A stretch of DNA of 64,000 bases from an uncultured Phycisphaerales bacterium (lineage in GTDB: Bacteria; Planctomycetota; Phycisphaerae; Tepidisphaerales; Tepidisphaeraceae), in contig CAWJPJ010000007.1 in assembly GCA_963844715.1 (NCBI GenBank), positions 928,001 to 992,000 on the forward strand. Direction: 5' to 3'. This document shows positions 24,036 to 34,748 of this stretch, piece after piece; within the stretch, counting starts at the first letter, position 1; each line of letters begins with the position of its first letter. The notes under the pieces are model-generated. The model was not told the origin of the DNA and ran no database searches. It saw nothing but the letters and a program-made list of their open reading frames with translations. Position numbers and translations under genes: made by a program.

Positions 24036-24577
24036 CTGAATCTCGTCCCCGTCTTGACACGGTTTGCTCATAGATGCCGTCTGATGTTTGTATGACCTTC
24101 TGCCCCCAGGTCAGCGCTGCAAGTGCCGGAATTCGCTGCAAATACCGACAAAGCTCATACATCCCTTTTATCTTGTATTCCATGAGCAAACTTCTCCTGG
24201 GTTAGATTCTCCGGGAGTGTCGAGACCCGTTGGTCCCTTTTTGCGGGAGGTTTGCCATGGTATTCGTTGGATTGGATACGCATCATGAAACGTCGACCTG
24301 TTGCGTGCTGGATGATCGAGGCCAGCGACTGGAGGGTCGGACGATCAAGGGTTCTTGGACGGAAACGGCACGGTATCTTCAGGCGCTGCAACAGCGTGAT
24401 GGTCGGCCGATGGCAGTCTGCTACGAGGCATCGTGCGGGTACGGAGCGTTGCACGATGTCGCGGGTGCGCCAAAACCGGCCATCAATGGGCGCTCGAAAA
24501 CCGGCCAGTGTTGTGACGCTTCGTATACCTCATCCGTTCAGTTCCATGCAACTTTCTGTTGAGTTATTGGCCCCGCA

Positions 24578-25455
24578 TCAGGACGCCTGATCGGCAGGCA
24601 CCCCAGCACCAGAAGATACTGGCTTTCTGCCACGGTGTCTTCCGGAGGGGAGGCCCTTCATCGTCGGCGGTACTCCGCCGTCCTTTTGAATTTGCCTTTG
24701 TGGAAGGCTTCGCCTCCACGGCCTCCCCGTGCCGCCGTGGCGCAGGCGATAGCTTTTGCCGGTGATGTTGATGATGGTGGCGTGCTGCAGGAAGCGGTCG
24801 AGGATCGCCGTGGCGGCCGGCACGTCGCCGATCAGTTTGGCCCAGTCTTCCAGCGGCCGGTTGCTGGTCATCATCGTCGAGCGGTTCTCATGGCGGCGCA
24901 TGATGATCTCCAGCAGGCATTCGCCGGAGCGACGCGGAAGTTGCTTCATGCCCATGTCGTCGATGATGAGCAGGTCGGGCTTGAGATAACGATTCAGCGT
25001 TTTGTCCTGCTGGCCGAGTTCCTCGTCGCCGAGGAAGTCGCGGGCCAGGTCGAAGATGGAGCGGTACAGCACCAGGAATCCGGCTTTGATCGCCTGATGC
25101 CCGATGGCCTGGACCAGGAACGTTTTGCCGACGCCGGGTGGGCCCAGCAGCAAGCACATCGGCTTTCTCGCGGATGAACTGACAACCGGCCAGGTCGTGG
25201 ATCTGCTTGCGCTTGATCGACGGGTTGAAGGAGAAGTCGAACTCGTCGAGGTTTTTGACTTCGCCGAACAGGCGGCCTTGACGCGGCGGCTACCAATCGG
25301 CTGGACCGCACGTTCAGTTCATCCTGAAGAATCAGTTCCAGAAACTCGGCGTGATCGAGCCGATTGCCGGCTGCCTCGCTCAGGCGGACTTCAAGGCTCT
25401 GGGCCAGGCCCGAAAGCCGAAGCTGTTTGAGCGTCTGCAACAATGAAGGTCTCAT
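24578..25455 (-). CDS. istB: IS21 helper ATPase IstB (frameshifted)
   Basis: LKQLRLSG; Walker A GPPGVGKT; Walker B LLIIDDMG; TSNRP...ILDRFLQH...GKSYR. Start overlaps the istA stop. Confidence 0.92.
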
Positions 25456-26994
25456 GGGATGGACTCCTGTGAAGGTGGTTGTTGGGTAATGGCCTGTCGC
25501 ACGAACTGCCCGTAATCGCCCAGGTCACGGATGATCGGATGTTCCTGGATGAACTCGAAGTTCTGCTGAATGGCGGGCGGATTCTGTTGTTCGATGAGTT
25601 GCCGCAATGAACGCAGGTGATACGCCCCATGGCCCTGGGCGACTTGGCAGGCCTGCTCGATGACGCGGCGGGAATGCTTGTTCGTCAGGGACAACAGCCC
25701 CATGAGCACGCGCACGCCTTCGATGCCGCGATTCTGGAGCATCGACTGCGCCCACTGCGTGGCGTGCGGGCCGATGGATTCGACCCGGCGCAGCAGCCAG
25801 GCCGTTCCGCGTTCGATGCCGCTGATCTTCTCCGGCAGGATGTGGGCATCCAGCGTGGAGAAGGTTCCCGGCGGACGCTGCACATGCACGGCGATCGGCC
25901 GCATCTTCTGATCCAGCAGTCGGACCAGTCCGGCCATCCCAGCGCGCCCAGAGCTGCTGGCCCAAAAACTCCGGCGGCACCGAGTAGTACGCGCCCTTGA
26001 TCTCCACGTGCCCATCCCGATGCACGCTCCGCAGCGCTTCTGGAAACAGATCGAACCGGGCCGCCGGCAACGGCAACAGCGCCGGCTTCTCCGCCTGCTC
26101 GAAGACTTCCTTCACCTGCCGGCGCGTCGTGCCATGGATGCGCGTGTCGGCGACGGTCGCTTCCCAGGTCTGCAGATGCTGGTTCTGCTCGGCCAGGAAG
26201 TGAAGGTCCGTCCCTTGAGGGCGTTGCCCTTCACATAGCCGATGCCCCGTTCGATCTTCCCCTTGTGCCGCGGCGTGTACGGCTTGGTCGGCAGGATGGC
26301 GATGCCGTAATGCTCGGCAAACGAGCGGACCTTGGGACACAGCTCCGGGTCGAACCAGTCCGCCCGCCTCACCGCCGCCCGGAGATTGTCGATCACCAGC
26401 GTCCTCGGCACGCCGCCGAAGTGCGCGAAGGCATTCTCCAGGCAACGCAGAAAGTCATCGGTGGTCTGACGATGCACCGCCTCGGCGTACCCCTTGCGGC
26501 TGTGGGACAGCACGATGCGGAAGACCCAGGTGCTCTTCCGTTTGCCATCCGGCACCGACGATGGGCGCGCCCCGGCCAAAGTCCACCTGCGCCTCGGCCC
26601 CCGGCTCGCATTCCATCCGCCGGAACGGCGCCGGCGCCGCCGCAGGTCAACTTCTTGACCAGCCGGCGCACGCTGTAATAGCTGCCGGCATAACCGTGGT
26701 CGGAGCAGAGGTCCTGATAAATCCGCTGGGCGGTCAGCCCCATGCTCCAGCTTCTGAAGAATCACTTCACGCCAGGGCGCTGGCGGCGCGTGACCAACCC
26801 GGTGGGCGACGCCTCTCCGAGCCGAGGGGGGCGCGCTGGCCGGTTTTGAATCTTCCCTGCGCCGCCAGCCGAAGATGGCGTCCGACCGTCTCCCGGTGAA
26901 CGCCAAGTTGCCGGGCGATGTGCCGGTTGGACCAGCCATTGCGTGCAAGTGCCAGAATTGCTTGTACTTCCGCCATCTTGAGTTGATTCGCCAT
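25452..26994 (-). CDS. istA: IS21 transposase IstA (frameshifted)
   Basis: HTH GWSNRHIARQLGVHRETV; FAHFGGVPRTLVIDNLRA; PRHKGKIER; YSVP. Confidence 0.9.
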
Positions 26995-28089
26995 CGTACC
27001 GTCGTCTCCCGGCGAGAGCCGGAAGCCAACGGTAATGAACAAATCTCCTGTGCCTCAAAATGGCCGGTTTTGGCGCGCCCCTCAGCTGGCCGGTTTGTGC
27101 GCGCCCGCTGACAGCACGATCACCTGCGGACATTCTGCCAGCAGGTGGTGGTAGCGCATCCTGGCCGGGTGCGATTGATCAGCCGATCCAAGCGGAAGAA
27201 TGATCGGGTTGACGCCCAGAAGCTGGCCAAGCTGTTGTATCTGGACGAGGTTCCGCAGGTGCATGTTCCATCGGCCGAGGTTCGTTCGTGGCGGGAGCTG
27301 ATCGAGCTGCGTCGTCGCCAGGTGCAGACGCGCACTCGGGTGCAGAGTCGGATCCGCGCGTTGTTGCGGACGTACAACGTGTGCATTCCCAAGCGGGGAA
27401 GAAGATTACCGCTCGACCGTCCGGAGGTGAAGCCTGCCGTCGTGGCGAGTGAAGCGTACGAGCCGTTTAAGATTCTGTGGACGGATCGGGGCCATCGCTG
27501 GCTCAAGTTGCTGCAATGGCCAACGCCGGCGGTGGCGTTGCGGTGCGAATTGCTGGTGGAGGAACTGGAGCAGACGGAACGGGCCATCAAGCGGGTGACG
27601 GCGGAGTTGGACAAGATGGCGGCCGGAAACGCCGGCGTGCAATTGTTGTGCACGATCCCTGGGGTGGGCTGTCGGACCGCCGAGGCGGTGGTGGCATATC
27701 TGGACGATCCAGATCGTTTTGCCCGATCCAACCGGGTGGGATCGTACGCGGGCCTGGTGCCGTGCCAGGACAGTTCCGGGGGCACCGATCGACTGGGCCA
27801 TATCACCAAGGAGGGCCCGGCGACGATGCGCTGGCTGCTGGTGCAATCGGCCTGGCAGGTGGTGCGGCGCGAGCCGTTCATGCGGGCATACTTCAATCGC
27901 GTGGCCGGCGGGCAGAAGGAAAATCATAAGAAAGCTTTGATAGCCACGGCGCATAAGCTGCTGCGTTGCATGCATTCGATGCTGCGAACGGGCGAGGTGT
28001 GGAATCCGCTGAAGGACGATGCCGCGAACGAGGCGAAGTCCGCCGCGACGGAAGAGAAGAGCGGCTAAAGGAAAAAGATGGACCCTTGT

Positions 28090-28276
28090 AGGCGTCGGTA
28101 AGCGCCGATGATCGAGATGGGCACGGGATTGATAACCGGACTCCGCGGCAAGGCATGGGACCATACCCAGGATCCCGATACCTTGAATGGAGCCGGTTCG
28201 GATCACGAAGAGTGGCACGCCGTCGATGAAGTGTTTTGACGGATGATGCCGGATAGATGCGTGGAACATCCCGAGC
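28090..28276 (+). ncRNA. Predicted IS110 bridge RNA, copy 2
   Basis: Same sequence as 23850-24035 except one stem A>G change and a 1-nt loop insertion. Confidence 0.68.
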
Positions 28277-28319
28277 CTGAATCTCGTCCCCGTCTTGACA
28301 CGGTTTGCTCATAGATGCC

Positions 28320-28911
28320 CTGCGTTGAGAACAGAATTTCCCCGATTGTCACCGATTCTTTTTTACCCATGTCGATGTGCGACGAAGGGTCTGATTCATC
28401 CGCGAATGAAAAACTGATGCCGACTTTGCGGTACACGCCTAGGACTTGATCGGTATGGATTGGGCCGAAGTAGCGGCTATCGAAGCTGCGTACGGCGGCG
28501 GAGCCGACGAGCAGTTCATCGGCGGCGAGTCTGCGCGGCTGACCAGTGCGGCAGCGGCCGACCAGCGGAATCGAAAGCGGCAATGGGACCTACACGAAAG
28601 CCGTTGACGCGCAGCTCGCCGTCCAGCGTCGAGACAAAGTCGCCGCCGGCGGCCAGCACGTGCTTAAGCAGGATCAGATTCGTCGGCTCACCCCGCAGAC
28701 GCGTATAGGAATAGGCGCTGGCGGGCAGCGCAAACGCGACAATACTGCCGCGCTGAATACGACCGCCATGGTAAAGATAGAAGCCAATTGGAACACTCGG
28801 CGTGCGGTTGTAAATCACCAGCGGCGGATGCGGCAGCGACGCGCTGGCAATCAGCGCAGCGATAACGCCTGCGATGACCCGCATACGGCGGAGGCCTCGA
28901 TCAATTCTCAT
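28320..28911 (-). CDS. traF: TraF-like conjugative S26 peptidase (frameshifted)
   Basis: IYNRTPSVPIGFY...LLKHVLAAGGDFV, then in another frame SFDSRYFGPI...VLGV; N-terminal TM helix. Confidence 0.8.
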
Positions 28912-29387
28912 GGGTTTGCTCCTGCAAGAATCGCAACAGGGAATCCCGATTCAGCCGCCTGGGCTCTTGGCCGGCGCAACGACTGGGCCGCAAGACGGTA
29001 ATAAATCAGCGGAACGCGGCATGGATCGATCCGCGACTGCTGAATCTCGCCAATCAGTTGGTCGGCTCGGTCGACAACGCCGCGGTCTTTGCCGATGCAG
29101 CGGCAATTCAGGAACGCGTGCACGTTCACGGCTGGGTCGATGCACGGCAGCCGAAAGCCGCTCTGCCCTCTCTCCCGGGCCTGGGCGACAGCAAAGGCGG
29201 CGAACTGCCGCCGCGGCGAGACCCGCGCCCACCACAACACAGCAAACGCCTCGTCGGCGCGGAACCAATAATGCGTCAAACCATCATCAATGCGCCGCAC
29301 CTGAACCGGGCTTCCGAAGCGCAGGCGAACGCTGAAGCGGTCCTTAACCTGACAAGCGGTCAGCCGTGTCCAATCTGAGTGGGTCAT
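28908..29387 (-). CDS. DUF2840-like ICE protein
   Basis: LRFGSP...FAVLWW...LPCIDPAVNV...IGEIQQSRIDPCRVPLIYYR; lies directly upstream of traF, as in Tn4371-type ICEs. Confidence 0.7.
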   Translation of the reverse strand: MTHSDWTRLTACQVKDRFSVRLRFGSPVQVRRIDDGLTHYWFRADEAFAVLWWARVSPRRQFAAFAVAQARERGQSGFRLPCIDPAVNVHAFLNCRCIGKDRGVVDRADQLIGEIQQSRIDPCRVPLIYYRLAAQSLRRPRAQAAESGFPVAILAGANP

Positions 29388-30163
29388 GACGGGTTTCGCA
29401 CGGATGGGTTGAGACTGGCGTGAGCGGGCTGGGTTGGATGCAGGTATGGCAGCAAAGCAGCGGCCTGCATGGGCAATCGCGGCGGAAGACGCAGGTGGTT
29501 CTTGGCCGCGTGCGCCCGAGCCGGCCCCGTGTAAATCACCCGATGATCGTGCGAAGCATCTGCGTGCGTTGCCGCCGAAGACCTCTCCTCATGCCGGCGA
29601 TTGGCATGGGTGGCGAAAAGCACCTCGTCACACCAGGCTTGAATGCGCGCCGAGGTTTGGTCATTCAGCGCGGGCTCATACCTCTGGGTAAGCGATCCGC
29701 CATGCAGTGGGCTGGCGGGCCCACGGAGCTGCGCATGGCCCACCAAAACGATGTGCAAGCCGACACCACCGCGCAGTAGATCCAGCCGACGGAGCAACTT
29801 TTGCCAATGCGCCAGCGCCAAGGCCTGTCCGTCGGGAATCGCCGCAAGGTGCTCGGCATTGCGCCGCCGGCACAATTCGTCCCCAATCGATAGCTCCACG
29901 CTCTCCAGGGAGTCGAGGATGACCGTGGCATACTCGTGCAGCCCAACGTACAGGTCTTGCAGCGCCTGCATAACTTGATCGAAGCGGCGGCATACCGGAA
30001 ATCGAGTGCAAGCAATATGGTTGGTGCTCTCGTCAGTGGGAATGAGCACCGGCGCCCGCAGGCCCGCCGCCAAAGTCGAGGTGCCGATTCCGCGAATGCC
30101 ATAGAACAGAATCCGCCGCGGCCGCTTGACTGAACGAGTGTGGATTTGATCGAACAATTTCAT
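29384..30163 (-). CDS. AAA_24 / Sak4-like phage P-loop protein with degenerate Walker A
   Basis: RRILFYGIRGIGTSTLA; YATVILDSL; IVLVGHA; WCDEVLFA; AKNHLRLP; GGAGG RBS. Confidence 0.8.
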   Translation of the reverse strand: MKLFDQIHTRSVKRPRRILFYGIRGIGTSTLAAGLRAPVLIPTDESTNHIACTRFPVCRRFDQVMQALQDLYVGLHEYATVILDSLESVELSIGDELCRRRNAEHLAAIPDGQALALAHWQKLLRRLDLLRGGVGLHIVLVGHAQLRGPASPLHGGSLTQRYEPALNDQTSARIQAWCDEVLFATHANRRHEERSSAATHADASHDHRVIYTGPARAHAAKNHLRLPPRLPMQAAALLPYLHPTQPAHASLNPSVRNPS

Positions 30164-30361
30164 GTAGACCTCCTACCTGCATTGGTGAACGCCTCTTGTC
30201 CGTTACGACCGGACCAAAACCGCAGAGCATGGGCGAGGGCTGTGCGCGCTCGGTGGTGATGGAAGTGCGATTTGCGCGGACTGAAGGGATGAGGAGCAGG
30301 TTCTGTCTGAAGCGAGAATCCGCTCAGAATGTGCTTGACAATTTAGCCACGAGTTAGGTAA

Positions 30362-31549
30362 ATGTACGGTATCGCGTTCCTGCCCAGGACGGAGCTTGGG
30401 TTCATCGATACCGCCGTTTGCCGACCGAGCGCTGGGCGCGGCGCGATTGTTTGCACTACGGGAGGAATTGCCATGTTGGGCGCTGCTCTTTCTGAAGAAT
30501 TGCCTGCGGCCTCACTGTTTGGGCCTGCCCAAATGGCGTTGGAACGGGCGCAACGATTGTTTCGCCGCGCCCAACGCAGCGTGACCCATACCCTTCGCAT
30601 TGCCTCCCGTGGTGATTTGATGGGTCCAACTCCGCAAGCCAGGCAAATACGGTTTGTGCCGTGCACGTGGGGCATGCGACGAGACGACTACCGCTGGCGC
30701 GGCGATGCCAATCGCGATTTTGCCGCGCTGCGGAGCGGCGCTTCAACGATGGGCTGGGCGCTGGTTCATGCGCCGCTGCGCAACTGGAGCGAACTGTTGC
30801 CAGGGACGATGCCGGATGTCATGGGCACGCGATCGGACCTCTACCTGGCGGACTACTGGCTGCTGACGGTGCATTACTTGGTCTGGTCCAAGCGTCTGCC
30901 CTATCCAATCAAGGCCAATTGGCTGCACGGCGCGAGCATTCACGATCGGCCATTCAGCTTTACCAGCGAACTGCCAACCGATTTGACGGAAGCATCGCTG
31001 GATGCGCTGATTTTGTTTCGTGAGGCGGCAGTGACTCTGCCCCGAAACGGCGGGGATATCCCGATCGCGCCCGCTGAGCCGCCCGTGCTTCACGATGGCC
31101 ACTGGCATTTGATGACCCGCGAGGTTCCAACCAGCGCGGCGAATCAAACTCTACCCACTGCCGAATCCCTGGAGCCGCCGCCTCAAGCCGCCGTTTTGAA
31201 AGAGGCAATGGACGGAAGTGACGTTCTTCCCGAATTGAATGACCAGACCTTTACGGTCTGCTGTGGTGGCAAAAAGTATCGCTTTACCGCTCGGAACAAA
31301 CAGTTGTTCGCCCTCCTGGATCGAGTCCGCCGTCGCCCTGGTCATCGGGTCTCCTTCGACGATCTGCGCACCACCGGTGACGTTTGGGATGGCTCGCGGG
31401 TGGAAGACAGTTCCATCCGCGGTGCAGTCGCGCGGCTTCGCAAGCTGCTCAAGAACCATGGCATGAGCGCTCTGGCCGAGCGGGTCACGACCGGTACGTA
31501 TCAAGGCCGCGGCTATGTCGTTTTGCAGACGGCAGAAGGACACGACTGA
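30362..31549 (+). CDS. Hypothetical protein with C-terminal winged-helix DNA-binding domain
   Basis: C-terminus LFALLDRVRRRPGHRVSFDDL...VWDG...SIRGAVARLRKLLK is OmpR/wHTH-like. Confidence 0.65.
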   Translation: MYGIAFLPRTELGFIDTAVCRPSAGRGAIVCTTGGIAMLGAALSEELPAASLFGPAQMALERAQRLFRRAQRSVTHTLRIASRGDLMGPTPQARQIRFVPCTWGMRRDDYRWRGDANRDFAALRSGASTMGWALVHAPLRNWSELLPGTMPDVMGTRSDLYLADYWLLTVHYLVWSKRLPYPIKANWLHGASIHDRPFSFTSELPTDLTEASLDALILFREAAVTLPRNGGDIPIAPAEPPVLHDGHWHLMTREVPTSAANQTLPTAESLEPPPQAAVLKEAMDGSDVLPELNDQTFTVCCGGKKYRFTARNKQLFALLDRVRRRPGHRVSFDDLRTTGDVWDGSRVEDSSIRGAVARLRKLLKNHGMSALAERVTTGTYQGRGYVVLQTAEGHD

Positions 31550-31568
31550 TCAAGCTAAAGGAGAAGCC

Positions 31569-32289
31569 ATGTCAATATTCACGGATAAACGAGGGACCGC
31601 AGCGCCACGAACCGTCAAGATTCGCGGCGAGCAGTTTACGCGGCTTTGGCTTACGACCTCCATGTCCCAGGAGACCTTCGCGGCCCGCATCGGAATGAAG
31701 CGCTCCGGGGTATTCCGCCTGCTGCGGCCGGGCGTGCACGCCATGTTCAGCGATAACTTCGCCCGCGTCGCCCAAGCCCTGAACATGACGCCGCGGGAAT
31801 TGAAGGAGCGCATCGGGGTTGGAGAAGTCGTGGTGCGATCGTCCGATGCGGCGTGGCCCAATCTACCAATCGGGCATCAAGGGCCCGGCGCAGCCGCTGG
31901 TCGAGGTCACAAGGTTTCACGGGATCAGCGCGGGTAGCCGCGCCGAGCGCCTGGATGTGGAGCACGGGACGGTGAAGGTGCCCGAAGGGTGGGGGGATTT
32001 CTTCGTGCGCGTGGATGGGATTTCCATGCTTCCGGACTATCCGGATCAATCCGTCGCCGCCTTCGAAACGGTCGAGGGACAACAGTTTATTTATGGCAAG
32101 GACTATCTGATCTGGTTCACGGATGGGGAGTGCTATTTCAGCAGAGTGCATGAGAGTGACGAGGACCGCGATGTGCTGGTGCTTCGTAAAGTGAACCCGG
32201 ATCGCCGGCAGTTCCCGGATCGGTATGTCCATCGACGGGAGATTGAGCGCATCGCTCGCTGCGTTGGTGTAGCGATCGACAGGAGTTAG
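31569..32289 (+). CDS. XRE HTH + S24 peptidase (CI/LexA-like) repressor, frameshift near 31850
   Basis: AGGAG RBS; MSQETFAARIGMKRSGVFRL; GISAG cleavage-site-like segment; VRVDGISMLPDYPD. Confidence 0.8.
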
Positions 32290-32327
32290 ATCATCGAGTA
32301 GCAGAAATTCATGATGGGAGAAAGACG

Positions 32328-33023
32328 ATGTCGAGGCTCGTACGGTGGCTCGACCATCGCATGGAGGTGGTGGGAATCGAAAAACGGAAGGATCTGGCGG
32401 AATTGACCGGCATCCCGCTCGACGTTTTCCGCGAAATCCGGGACGTCGGCTCGCTGGAAATCCTCAGCAGAACCCAAAGGCGCCTGCTCGCCGCCGCCTT
32501 GCGCGTATCGCTTCGCAATCTGGAACAGCTCAGCGACCACCTGGTCGATTGGATTGAAGACGATCACGTGTGCGACGCTGAAGGTTGCGGCCGACCGCTT
32601 CCTGGCCGGAAGGGTGATCCGGCGTACCGGGTGCCGCGGGAATTACCGCCCGAAGACCGGGGCACGCCTCTGATCGGGAGAATTCGGCTCGGCGGCCAAG
32701 CCGAGTTAGACGAGGATTGGCATCAGGAATGGGGAAAACACATTCCCCACCGATTCGGCAATGGGCACAACGTCTTCGCCCTGGAAATAGAGTCCACGTG
32801 TACCTCGGTCGTGCTGCGAGTGATAGCGCCCTGGGAGTTTCGCGAAGGAAGAGCGGCGGTCTACTGCTGGAATGGGTGGGAGGCTCAGGCGTGGTTCGGT
32901 CGTGTGTGCCTACAACCCAAGGCATATGTCGTAACGGCGGACGGGCAGCGACATAACCTGGAACTACCGAATGTCATGCGCATTGGCAAAGTGGTGGGCC
33001 AGTGGCCCACCGGACCTGCCTGA
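32328..33023 (+). CDS. HTH protein with degenerate S24-like C-terminal domain
   Basis: RKDLAELTGIP; PLIGRIRLGG; VFALEI; MRIGKVVGQW. No SM catalytic motif. Confidence 0.55.
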   Translation: MSRLVRWLDHRMEVVGIEKRKDLAELTGIPLDVFREIRDVGSLEILSRTQRRLLAAALRVSLRNLEQLSDHLVDWIEDDHVCDAEGCGRPLPGRKGDPAYRVPRELPPEDRGTPLIGRIRLGGQAELDEDWHQEWGKHIPHRFGNGHNVFALEIESTCTSVVLRVIAPWEFREGRAAVYCWNGWEAQAWFGRVCLQPKAYVVTADGQRHNLELPNVMRIGKVVGQWPTGPA

Positions 33024-33098
33024 CGCCCCGCCCGACTCCGGGCGCAAAAACAAACCCGACGGGGGAACGGACGGTCCCCAGCCGGGTTGTGCGAGCCG

Positions 33099-33344
33099 CT
33101 ACTTGGACTCGCTCTTTTGTTGCAGTTCGTGGATCGCCTCGAACGTCTTATCCGCGACCTTTGCCAGCACCAGCAGATCGTCGCGGCCGAAACTGTCGGT
33201 GCTTTGCCACGTGCCTTCATCGCCGCGGTACAGCCGCTGAAACGTCACGTTGTACCGAGCGCCGCTCTCCGTTTCGTTCTGCCAAATGGCGGCTTTAACC
33301 GTGCCGATCCGGACTTCGCTAATGGGTTTCTGCTTCGTAGCCAT
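33099..33344 (-). CDS. Small mobile-element protein, probable ssDNA-binding
   Basis: KPISEVRIGTVKAAIWQN...YNVTFQRLYR...WQSTDSFGRDDLL; GAGGAG RBS. Confidence 0.65.
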   Translation of the reverse strand: MATKQKPISEVRIGTVKAAIWQNETESGARYNVTFQRLYRGDEGTWQSTDSFGRDDLLVLAKVADKTFEAIHELQQKSESK

Positions 33345-33876
33345 GTGAGACTCCTCTCTAAAAGGGTTTGATTGGTCCGTTCACCTCGGCGTGACGGACA
33401 ACAAACCCTTATGAGGAGTCGGAAGCCAGTCCGCAGCGGCAAGCGCCGGGAGCGAAAAACAGCGAGGAGAATGACAGGCGCGGCGTGCGACAACACGTGC
33501 AAAGCACCGGCGCAGCCGGCAAGCCTGGCGTGAGCATCGCGGTGGAGCGACCAGAGCGATAGCGCAGGGCCGGCGGTACATGGCAGCGCAGCAGAAATAC
33601 TTTCGCTGTCCGAGTCGGCATTCGGCCGGCGTCTTCAGAACGAGTAGCGGCCGGCGGTTTCATGTGCGGCGCGGCGAACCGGCAGGGCGGCGAAGTCGCC
33701 GTTGGCCAGCGCTATGATCTGCGGGTGCAGGCGGAGCGATGGTAGCGCCTGGCGTCCACGAACTGCCGCGCAAGAGCGTGCGAGCTTACAGCCGGACGGT
33801 TGGAGCGCCGTGAAAGGAAGCGAACATGACCGAGCGGACAGATTTTCTGGTCGTCCAACGGCCGGCTTAAGATCCA

Positions 33877-33903
33877 TTGGTCAGTTGGTCACTGAATTGG
33901 TCA
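33877..33903 (+). repeat. Three TTGGTCA direct repeats, candidate integrase arm-binding sites
   Basis: TTGGTCA at 33877, 33885 and 33897, about 130 bp before the att-like tRNA fragment. Confidence 0.5.
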
Positions 33904-34031
33904 GTCGTCATGTGATGGTGACTGTTAATGGAGTTGTCAGTGACCTCTTAAACAAGCTGCAAGCCTTAAAATGGGCAGAAAATGCAGCAACAAACCAACG
34001 CTGAGACTAAACTTATGCGCCGCATTTTAGA

Positions 34032-34073
34032 CTTCGGAACCGAGGGTTGGGGGTTCGACTCCCTCCGGGTGCA
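34032..34073 (+). other. att-like 3' fragment of tRNA-Arg(UCG)
   Basis: CTTCGGA anticodon loop + GGGGGTTCGACTCCC T-arm + CGGGTGCA acceptor 3' strand; no 5' half. Confidence 0.85.
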
Positions 34074-34370
34074 TTGAGTCCCGGACTATCGGGACGGTCC
34101 ACTGCTGTACTTTCTATTGCTCAATTCGAACACGCCTTCGGCCCCGATGCAGTTCTCAACCGCGTAGCCGCCGAACCGCGTTTATTCGCGCGACAACGCG
34201 GGTTTGCAAACCTTGGGATCCTTCGGGTGTCTCACTGGTGGCCGGATGAATTCGGTCACCAGGAGCCCGCGGAAATGGTTTTGACTTCATTCGCCCTGGT
34301 ATGCTAAAGATGTGAGGGAAGCCAATCGGTCCTGAATGGTCCTTTTACAATGGATAGGAAGGTTGACTCT

Positions 34371-34607
34371 ATGCGCAGCAAATCATCTCACGGGTTGTGT
34401 CATTGCAGTTGTGGCTCATCGCATGAATCTTCCGGCGCGACGGCGGTTTTGGAGCCGGCGATTAAAGGTCGGCCGGACGATCGTGATTCGACGGATGTGC
34501 AGGCAGGTTACGGCAATTGCACCGTCTCGGGGTGTGACTGCCCCGCTTTCATGGGACAGGATCAGTTGTGTGGCAACTGCGGTCACAACTATGAATTCCA
34601 CAACTGA
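34371..34607 (+). CDS. Small Cys/His-rich peptide (78 aa)
   Basis: AGGAAGG RBS; HGLCHCSCGSSH near the N-terminus and CTVSGCDCPAF-x6-CGNCGHNYEFH at the C-terminus. Confidence 0.65.
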   Translation: MRSKSSHGLCHCSCGSSHESSGATAVLEPAIKGRPDDRDSTDVQAGYGNCTVSGCDCPAFMGQDQLCGNCGHNYEFHN

Positions 34608-34748
34608 TCGTATCTAAAAGAAGCGGCTCGTCCGCGGCCATGAATCAATTGAACCGACGCACGCCGCTGGTATCGCCATACCGGCGGTGTTTTTCTTTTG
34701 TCTTGAGGGGACGTGCAAATCTGGTTCGGGGCGCGGATTATACGGCCT

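Larger units (their letters stand above)
22499..24078 (+). mobile_element. IS110-family (IS1111-type) element, copy 1
   Basis: Bounded by TGCC at 22499-22502 and 24075-24078, no target duplication, DEDD recombinase inside, 246-nt non-coding right end. The whole unit repeats immediately downstream. Confidence 0.9.
24457..27113 (-). mobile_element. IS21-family insertion sequence
   Basis: TGT...ACA ends, terminal IRs (TGTC-GCGGGTGCGCCAAAACCGGCCA / TGTCAGCGGGCGCGCACAAACCGGCCA) with repeated AAACCGGCCA boxes, 6-bp target duplication GCACGA (24451-24456, 27114-27119). Confidence 0.95.
24075..28319 (+). mobile_element. IS110-family element, copy 2, interrupted by IS21
   Basis: Near-identical to copy 1, from TGCC 24075-24078 to TGCC 28316-28319. 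The transposase (ATG 24257, stop 28068) is split at GCACGA. Confidence 0.9.

Noticed and set aside
24054..24095. Sigma70 promoter formed at the observed IS110 tandem junction
   Set aside because: TTGACA is present, but the sequence 16-18 bp downstream (CCGTCT) is not a -10; only the hypothetical inner-end junction gives a partial one.
30335..30365. Promoter for the wHTH gene
   Set aside because: TTGACA is present but there is no convincing -10 at the right spacing.
33345..33870. oriT or protein-coding genes in this intergenic stretch
   Set aside because: No recognisable nic motif; the short ORFs lack RBS or motifs.
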